This document shows positions 11,712 to 20,000 of a stretch of DNA of 20,000 bases, piece after piece. Both the position numbers and the translations under genes were made by a program. The DNA is from Proteromonas lacertae (taxonomy: Eukaryota): the NCBI GenBank assembly GCA_002245135.1, contig NGBS01000613.1:48120-68119 (forward strand), in the 5' to 3' direction. The notes under the pieces are model-generated. The model worked only from the letters and a program-made list of their open reading frames with translations. It did no database searches and was not told the DNA's origin. Numbering within the stretch: the stretch's first letter is position 1; every line of letters starts with the position of its first letter.

Positions 11712-12970
11712 TTATTCACCTTTTAATTCACCAATTAAATCACTTATATCAGCATCATCTTCGCCTTTATCATCACCTTTACCACTATCTGTTCCATTAT
11801 TGTCACTACTTCCAACATTAAAATTCCATGTTGTTCCAGGAACATATTCACTCTCACCAGCATCGTTTGAAAATACAACTTTATCTCCAACAGCAGTAAC
11901 AGTAGTAATTTCTAATTTCTTATGAACATAGTCATCAGGTGTTTCTTCTAGAGGAGGAACTGCACCACAAATCTCTTTTCTTACTACAGAAATATCTTGA
12001 CATTCCTTGAAGAATTTTAATCCTAATATCTTTTCAATTGGATATCTCTTTTCTGGAGATTTTACTAAGCATTTCTCATAAGCAGCGGTGTAACCCTTAG
12101 TAACATCAATTTTCTTACTATCTTCATAGGTTTTTAAAGATGGAGCATCATCTTGTAAAGTCTTTAATAATACCTTCATTGGCTGTTCTTTAGCAGTAGG
12201 GAGCATAACCTTTCAATAATTCTAATAAAGTAATACCAAATGACCAAATATCAGCCTATTATTAAAGAAATAATTGAGAAAAATATACTTTTTCAGAATA
12301 TTTCGTTTGTTCCATTACTTCTGGTGCCATCCAACATGGAGTACCTACAAACGTCTTACATTTAGCACCTCTATCAATACCTTTTTCAATCATACCAGCA
12401 ACACCAAAATCAGCTAGTTTAATTTCACCATCTTGATTCATTAAGATGTTTCCTGCTTTGATATCTCTATGGACATATCCAAGAGAGTGTAAATATTGAA
12501 TACCTTTACCTACTTCGTTCATTATTGAAGCCTATCCATGGTTCCTAGAATAAATTATAAAAAAAATTAAACTCTATACTTTTAAACCTTCTCCTTCAAT
12601 AATCTTTCCGATTTCTCGTAATTTGGAGATAATACGATGACAGGAACCCATAGACATATAAGGCATTACAATCCATAGATAATTCTTCGTGACGAAGCTT
12701 GCATAACACTCTAAAACATTTGGATGTTTACAGCTCTTCATTGTCGCTACCTCTTTTTGGATATCTTCTAAAGAGATTGACAAGTTATCAAGGTTTAAGA
12801 TCTTTATAGCGACTGTTTCTCCCTTGGTTGGACAAAACGCTTTATAAACACTAGCAAAAGCTCCCTAGCATAAAATACTCAATAGTTTAATATACTTTTC
12901 CAATCAAACCATAAAGAGTGTAGGCCTCTTCAGCTACAGGCCATTCATTGCTATCTATTGTATCTGCCAT
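11712..12970 (-). CDS. OXSR1: STE20-family Ser/Thr kinase, Fray/OSR1/SPAK (GCK-VI) subfamily; exons 12970-12896, 12864-12580, 12544-12289, 12255-11712 with +1 breaks at ~12532 and ~12195
   Basis: EWP..EAYTL..LIGK|GAFASVYKA, VAIK, HRDIKAGNIL, DFG, KTFVGTPCWMAPEVMEQ, ADIWSFGITLLEL..G.APY....PMKVLLKTLQ..APSL, all typical of OSR1/SPAK. Introns 12895-12865, 12579-12545, 12288-12256. Confidence 0.88.
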
Positions 12971-13124
12971 TAACAAAATAGAAGAGAATAAAAAATGTTT
13001 TCAAGCCTGTTTTGAGTGAAAAAAAGTGGCTTTCATTCACCTTTTGATTGGATAAAAACTGGCCAAACTCAACTTTTAGCCCGAACTCACTCAAACTTTC
13101 ATTCAATTTGATTTTTGCTTTAAA
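12971..13124. promoter_or_regulatory. Putative bidirectional promoter (154 bp) between the STE20 kinase and OLA1
   Basis: Head-to-head ATGs at 12970 (-) and 13125 (+); GTGAAAA at 13016-13022. Confidence 0.55.
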
Positions 13125-14374
13125 ATGCCAAAAAAAGATAAAGATGAGGAACCTAAAAAACATGTTGTATTAGGAAGACCAGGTATATCTGAAAACATTA
13201 ATTTTTATAGGAAACAATGTGAAAATCGGAATTGTTGGTTTGCCAAACGTAGGTAAATCATCATTCTTCAATACACTTTCAAAATTAAATGTATTTATAA
13301 ATGATAATATTGTAATAATTTTAGGTTGCAGCTGAGAATTACCCTTTCTGTACAATTGAACCAAATGAAGCACGTGTAGCAGTTCCAGATAAAAGATTCG
13401 ACCAATTATGTGATTTTCACAAACCAAAAAGTATTGTTCCAGCAGCATTAGCAGTTACTGATATTGCTGGTTTAGTGAGAGGTGCTTCCGAAGGTGCAGG
13501 TTTAGGTAACGCTTTCTTGTCACATATTCGAGCATGTGATGCCATTTATCATGTAGTTAGAGCATTTGATGACCCAGATGTTACTCATGTTGAAGAATCT
13601 GTAGATCCAATAAGAGATATGCAAATTATCCATGATGAATTATTAAAGAAAGATATCGAAACAATTGACAAAGCAATTGAAAACATGGAGAAAGTAGTTT
13701 TAAGAGCAAATAATTCAAAAGAAAAGAAAGATGAATATGCAATTTTGAAGAAGATTCGAGAATATTTAGACCAGAATAAAGATATAAGAAGTGGTAATTG
13801 GGATGCTAAAGAAATAGATGTATTGAATAATTACTATTTATTAAGCTCAAAACCAATGATTTACTTGGTTAACTTAAGTGAAAATAATTATATTAAAAAG
13901 AAAGGCAAATGGTTATTACCCATTAAAGAATGGATTGATAAAAGAGGAAATGGTGAAACAATGATTCCATTCAGTGCAAAATTTGAAGAAAAAGTTTTGA
14001 GTTTTGGAACACCAGAAGAAGTGGAAAGTTTTTATAAAGAAGTTGGTGCAAAAACTGTTTTACCGAAAATCATTAATTTTGGTTATCATGCTTTGAATTT
14101 AATTCATTTCTTCACCGCTGGTCCTGATGAAGTTAAATGTTGGACTATTAAACAAGGAACTTTAGCTCCACAAGCTGCTGGTGTAATTCACACAGATTTT
14201 GAACAAGGTTTTATTTGTGCTGAAGTTTATTCATTTGAAGTATTTTTACAATATAAAAATGAAGCTGCAATTAAAGCTGCTGGTCAAATGAAACAAGAAG
14301 GTAGAAAATATGAAGTAAAAGATGGTGATATTATCTTCTTCAAATTTAATGTCACTACTCAAAAGAAGAAGTAG
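13125..14374 (+). CDS. OLA1: Obg-like ATPase 1 (YchF family); exons 13125-13182, 13211-13290, 13325-14374
   Basis: [21 protein letters not shown] (G1), [12 protein letters not shown] (G2), [10 protein letters not shown] (G3), NLSE (G4 variant), TGS domain [38 protein letters not shown]. Introns 13183-13210 and 13291-13324 in frame. Confidence 0.97.
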
Positions 14375-14568
14375 AATTTTTGATTAAGTAACATATTTTG
14401 TATTATTTTATGGGGTTATAAAAGTGAAATCAAATTGAATTTACAAAATATAAAAACAAATTGGAATATTATTATTAATAGAATTATATAAATAAATATT
14501 AAATAATTTATTTGAATAAAAGTCATACAATAGGGGAATAGAAAACATATAAAAAATACTTTTTCTCC

Positions 14569-17500
14569 CTAAAATTCAATAAATGCTTCTAAGCCAGTTC
14601 CATTAATCCAACTACTATCACCTTCTCCAAGACTATATATTATATTATATTAAACAATAAAATATATTTATACTTTTTAAATGGATCTAAATTTTTACTT
14701 GTTGTACGAGGAGCAGGCATATGTGCTTTTGGAGCTGCAATTTCTAATTTCTCTAATTTTTGCCAATCAACAGATTCAAAGTATCGATGTTCCTTTATAT
14801 CTAAACTACCTCTTTGTAAATTACCTAATCTGAATATTCTTTTTCTACATAATAATCTGATTATTAAATCTTTCATTTCTTCACTGAATCTATCACAATT
14901 GAAGTTAATTTCTGACTCTATAATTAGACGATATGTTTCTAATAGATTGTCAGCACTAAATGTGGTTTTTCCAGTGACTAATTCGTAACAGATAATGCCA
15001 AAACTCCACCAATCACAGGACAGATCGTGTCCTGTACAACATAATATTTCTGGAGCAATATAATCAGGTGTGCCACAAAGAGTATATGATTTACGATGAA
15101 TCTATTAAATATATTTAAATATATTATACATATTTAGCAAATCCAAAATCAATCAATTTCAAATATCCTGTATTATAATCCACCATAATATTCTCTGGTT
15201 TTAAATCTCTATAAGCAATCTTCTGATCATGTAATTTACTCATCATTAACACTATCGATGATGCATAAAACAATATTACATCAGGTTTCAATGGTTCATT
15301 TACACCATGTCGATTATACATTTGTCTTGTTAATTCACCACCACTTAAATACTCTAATATAAAGTAGATATTATTACCATCAGCTGCTGTACCAAAGCAT
15401 CTTTCATAAAATGGACAAATTGGTAATGTCATCAACATATTCTTCTCTTGTATAACTGAAACGATTAAATCTTTATGTGGTTTACCATCTGAATGAACCA
15501 ATGAACTCTTAGGAATGCATTTTATAGCATATTGTGCTTTAGTATCTTGATTTTCTGCTAATATTGTCACACCAAATGAACCTCTACCTAGATATTTGAT
15601 ATATTTTAATTCTGTAATATCTGTTACTAAATCATCAGGTTTTTTCTGCTCTAATAAATGATAAAGTTGATTCTGTTTTGTGTAAGGTTTTGACAGTGTT
15701 TAGTTGTAAATTGTGTAAATATCTACCAGCAGTTTTCTATATATATATAAATAAAATAATAAATATATTATACCTTTCTCACTATATATTCTTCAAATAT
15801 TTCTTTACTTACAGTCAAACAAACAGTATGAACGTGAGCTACATATCTATACAGTGCTTTACACTTATTATTTAATATTGAACTACCACCAAAGTAATCA
15901 CCTTTACCTAATATTTCAGTCATTGTCCTTTGTAATAAACTATTGCCCACATCAGAAGTTCTTCGTTGATATTCTATTTTATTCTTCTCCATATAATATA
16001 ATTCTGATTGTATTCTTGCATTCTTCTTCTTTCTTGTCTTTCCTTCTGTGTTTATGAGTGGTTGGAATGTAGAAAGTGATGTTGGTGAAGATGTTGAAGT
16101 TATATTATTATTGGCAGATAAGTTTGCTGATTCTATGGATGGTTTTAGATTGATTGCTGCTGAACTATCTTCATCTAAGACTGTGAGAGCTTCTGAGGAT
16201 GCTATTCGACGACTATTTCATTAAAAAAGAATATAAAATAGTAGAAGAAAAAAAAGAAGGAAAAAAATATATACATTGGTATAATAGTCTCTTCTTCCAT
16301 CTTTGATATTCGATATACTTCACCTTCCATTATTATATGAATATCACCCACTTTCTGATTTACTTCATAGATCAATTGACCTGGATTATATTCCTTCTGA
16401 TTCATTAATTGAAAGATTGTTTCTCTCTCCTCTTGTGATAAGAATGCAAATATATTTATATCCTTCAATACTACTTGACCGTAATTCTCAACCGTTCTTG
16501 ATAATATATTATTTATTGGACCTAATAAAATATTAAATGATTCTCGATCTAATGCGAATAAAACTACATCTGTATTGGCAATAATATCTGTCGAACGTGG
16601 CTCGTCTGTCATTAAAGCTCTTTCACCGAAAAATTGGCCACTTTCTAGAATATTGATTGTTTCTTCATCTTCTGATGTTACTCCTGGTACTATTACTTTA
16701 CATTGACCTGATTTGATTATATAAAATAATGAATGGTCATCTACGACAGTTCCTCGTTTAATTATTGTTTCACCTTCTTCATAGTATAATGTTGCACAAG
16801 CTTCACTCAAGCATACTTTCTCATCAGATGTCATTGATGCAAAAATATCCATTTTGGAGATGAAACCTAATCTTTCTTTCAATTGTTCTCTTTCATACAA
16901 TTCTAAGGTTTGACGATATGTATAACGGTCAATAGCCCAAACTACACCATCGGTTATTGCTGTAACAGTTGATTTTCTTTGGTGTATTATACAAAAACAT
17001 ATCACCAAATACATCCCCTGGTCCTATATTACAGTCTTCGCATATATTACGAATGGGATCAAGACAGGAACGGCGTAGAAATGTGCCTTTTTCTATTGAA
17101 TAAAAAGATCGACCAGTTTCACCTTGTTTGCAGCAGATTGTGCCTTCATGAACTTCAATACGTTTCATTGCGTCTATAATACGGATTGTTTGATATTCAT
17201 TCATATTACTGAAGATTGGATGTTTTGTCATTGATAATTTAATTAATGCGTAAATTTCTGGAGATTTGGAGACATATTCAAATCCTTCTGTTAATCCTTT
17301 TACTAAATTAATTCCATCTAAGAAGGCAAACTATTTAATACAAAATAAGAGAAGAAAAATATATATACTTGTCTTTTTCTTGGAGGTATTTCATGTAATT
17401 CATCTCCTGTAATTCTAGCACTATCGGTAATATTTTGAGTCTAACAGGTAATAGAGATTAATTATAAATATACGATTGTACTACTCACAGAACTACTTGA

Positions 17501-17671
17501 ATATGGCATAGCAGACCGACTGGTTGATTTTGTTGAGAAATCATTACGAATTTGTGTAATTGGAGTTTGAGGTGTTTTTATTTGAACTGGTTTAGGCATT
17601 TGTAAATCATCAGGTGGATCCTCTATTGGTATGACTTGATTACCTTTGTTAGATGAACTACACACTCCCAT
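14569..17671 (-). CDS. PKG: cGMP-dependent protein kinase-like AGC kinase with three cNMP-binding domains; exons 17671-17474, 17440-17369, 17330-16275, 16212-15774, 15736-15130, 15101-14674, 14632-14569; +1 breaks at ~16979 and within ~15700-15636
   Basis: N-terminal MGVCSSS; cNMP cassettes FGDMFLYNTP/RKST, FGERALMTDEPRST and degenerate GKGDYFGGSSIL; kinase motifs LGRGSFG, YAIK, YRDLKPEN, DFGFAK, YTLCGTPDYIAPE, DWWSFG, RLGNL..G..DIKEHRYF..VDW; terminal hydrophobic motif FIEF*. Six GTAT..AG introns. Confidence 0.88.
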
Positions 17672-17891
17672 TCTCGATTTTTTATAAAACGATAAATTTA
17701 TCAAACCAAAATCGAGCTGAATTTTCAGTTTTTTTTTATTTCTCGTTAAAGGAGAAGCTATTTTCTTATTTTTTAATGATCACAACTTTATATGTATTAT
17801 ATATTACCTTTTAAGTGATAGTAATGGAGAAAATAAACCCATACAAAACAAAATATTAAACTAATTATATAAAAAATAAATATTAATTATC

Positions 17892-18346
17892 CTAACCGCT
17901 ACATTCTTTGCCATTTCCTAATTTCTTACCACAGTGACTGCAGTAATGTGTTCTATTAGAATATTATAAACAAATAAGTAATACGGTCTTCTGAATGCAG
18001 GAATACATAATAGAATGCATGAGAAGAACACAATGATAAAGAATAAAGCACAAACTAATGCAGCTCTATGGAAAACATATTACAAATATTTAATCATACA
18101 ACATAGGACCAACTTGACGTCTTACTTCTGTTGGACCAACATAATGACAATATGGACATTCTACCACAACTGGTCTATTATTAAAAATAACAAGAATATA
18201 ACATACGCTGGTCCAAATGCAACATCATTCACTTGAAGAGCAGCTGCTTGAGTACTTGGTTGCATAGCAAGTGGTTGTTGAACAACTACACTTGTTGGTT
18301 GTGTTGTTGTTGTTGAAGTTGTAGAAACTTGTTCAAATTCTGGCAT
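17892..18346 (-). CDS. LITAF-domain (zinc-ribbon, membrane-associated) protein; exons 18346-18207, 18174-18100, 18065-17985, 17952-17892
   Basis: Spliced product MPEFEQ..FGPA|PVVVECPYCHYVGPTEVRRQVGPML|AALVCALFFIIVFFSCILLCIPAFRRP|THYCSHCGKKLGNGKECSG*: CxxC - hydrophobic segment - HxCxxC. Three GTAT..AG introns of 32, 34 and 32 nt, all in frame. Confidence 0.9.
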
Positions 18347-18714
18347 TATTATAAATAATGTGAAAATGAGGAATAAAACCAATCACATTTTCAATAACAT
18401 GATATATGATGTGATATATGTGATACGAAGCAATAACCGCTAGTATGGTGAATCAATAGTGATAAGTATGTGATTAAGTTAGGATAAGAATAAAAAATGT
18501 TTTATTTGTTAATAGATATACTTAAATAGATATGAAAGCATAATTCAGATTAATAACTGTATAAATGGATAATTTTTACCTGTAAATATAATTCCAAACT
18601 CATTAATAAATACATGAAATTATTTTAATAATTAATCAATCATTGAATCACTCTAAAAAATGAAAAGTCATTTACTAATATGTTTGACTACTGTTTGAGA
18701 AGTCAAATAAAAAA

Positions 18715-20000
18715 ATGAATAAATTTCTCATTATTGCTCTACTTTTATGTGTTGTTTCAGCTGACACTTGGAATGTTATTGTCGCTGGATCATATCAATA
18801 CAAAAATTATCGTCATCAAGCTGATGCTTGTCACAATTATCAAATTTTAAAACGAAATGGTATTCCTGAAGATCATATAATCTTGTTTATGTATGATGAT
18901 GTTGCTTATGCTGAAGAAAATCCATTTAAAGGACATTTTATATAACCAAATTGGTGAAGATCCTGAAGATGTATACGATGGATGTAAACTTCCTACACTG
19001 GAAAAGAAGATCACTCCAGAAGTGTATTTAGCTGTATTGATGGGAGATGTAGAAAAAGTTCGAAATTTGACAGGAATAGAAAACCCTCCAGTGTTAAGAA
19101 GTACAAAAGACGATTTAGTATTTCTATCTTCTTTGATCATGGTTCTGAATTAGTCGTAGGCTTCCCGATGATCATTTACACGCTGATGATCTATACTACC
19201 TTTGAAGAAATGCATGCTAAAATTATAAAGAAATTAGTATACTATATGGAAAGTTGTCATCTGGATCAATGTTTGAAAATATCTTACCAAAATCTCAGCA
19301 TTACGCAACACCAACTCATCCATATGAACCATCTTGGGGATATTATTGTGAAGGTTTAACTAAGGGTGTGTATATGGAGACTTGTATGGGTGATTTATTT
19401 GCTTGTACTTGGATGGAAAAGGCTGATGAACATGATAAAAATGAAACATTATATTCTCATTTCCAATTCATATTGAAGAATGTAACTAAATCTCATCCTC
19501 AACAATATGGTGATTTAACATTCTTAAATGATTCTTTATGGGATTATTTAGGTAAAGACAACAAAGAGAATGTTGTTCCAATAAGAAACATTTAAGAAAC
19601 AATAAGAAAGAAGAAATAATTCAAATTCCAATTGACAGTACAGCTGCAACAATCAAATATTTACATAATAAATTAAGTCATGCTAAAAGTGTAGAAGAAA
19701 AACGAAAAGTAGAGATGATGATGAATGAAGAAGAAGAAATGAGACGAGATATAAATTTGAAATTTATGAAAATCATAAAGAAGTTGAATTATGAAATTAT
19801 GGTGCAATGAAGAAAGTTCGACAACCATCTCATTTAAGACATTGTTATTATAAAGCGATTGATACATATCGAGATAATTGTGGTTTTAACGAATATGCTT
19901 TCAACTATTATCACAGTTTGATGAATTTATGTTCTTTTGAGAATGGTAAGTCTGAAAATATCGTTAATGCTATTAAATCAGTATGTTCAAAAAGTAATTA
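18715..20000 (+). CDS. LGMN: Legumain / asparaginyl endopeptidase (peptidase C13), secreted; heavily frameshifted in this sequence, no intron seen, C-terminus at window edge
   Basis: Signal peptide, [30 protein letters not shown]...ENPFKG, catalytic DHG (His 19138-19140) and MESC (Cys 19255-19257), [34 protein letters not shown]-terminal prodomain [29 protein letters not shown]. Confidence 0.9.

Noticed and set aside
12532..12579. Alternative acceptor at 12532 that would restore the kinase frame without an indel
   Set aside because: It would give a 48-nt intron and delete E-P-W-I from conserved helix E; possible but less likely than one extra G.
12951..13448. Minus-strand ORFs 12951-13163 and 13170-13448
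   Set aside because: They overlap the promoter gap and OLA1 antisense; no recognisable protein.
216..18206. U12-type minor introns suggested by GTAT donors
   Set aside because: None continues as GTATCCTT and no TCCTTAAC branch point is visible.
18399..18425. Short TGATATATG tandem repeat upstream of LITAF/legumain
   Set aside because: Two to three imperfect copies in AT-rich DNA; no spacer structure, not CRISPR-like or telomeric.
19673..19867. Minus-strand 64-aa ORF
   Set aside because: Antisense to the legumain prodomain; low complexity.
1..20000. Stop-codon reassignment as the cause of fragmented ORFs
   Set aside because: TGA (FARSB), TAA (PSMB7, RPN11) and TAG (OLA1, PKG, LITAF) all end genes at expected C-termini; breaks are explained by introns or frame changes, not by in-frame readthrough.

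Overview
Gene-dense, very AT-rich eukaryotic nuclear DNA with tiny (mostly 26-42 nt) GT-AG spliceosomal introns and the standard genetic code. The compact layout, ~30-nt introns, a secreted legumain and a Sig1/Ocm/Mas-type EGF protein suggest a stramenopile gut protist of the Blastocystis/Proteromonas type (inference, not proven). Manual splicing gives ten recognisable genes: FARSB (5'-truncated), proteasome beta2, RPN11, a HEATR5/Laa1-like HEAT protein, a mastigoneme-like EGF protein, an OSR1/SPAK-type STE20 kinase, OLA1/YchF, a cGMP-dependent-like kinase with three cNMP domains, a LITAF-domain protein and a legumain. There is also a fragmented, unannotated minus-strand gene at ~1850-2490. 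Main oddities: all 23 introns of the recognisable genes start GTAT and almost none has +5G; a recurrent ATATGTTTT 3' element, with one candidate polyadenylation-created stop codon; eight net +1 frame breaks in four otherwise intact genes (probably consensus errors); and a beta2 subunit with Phe at the S1-pocket acidic position 53. No mobile elements, CRISPR arrays or RNA genes were recognised.
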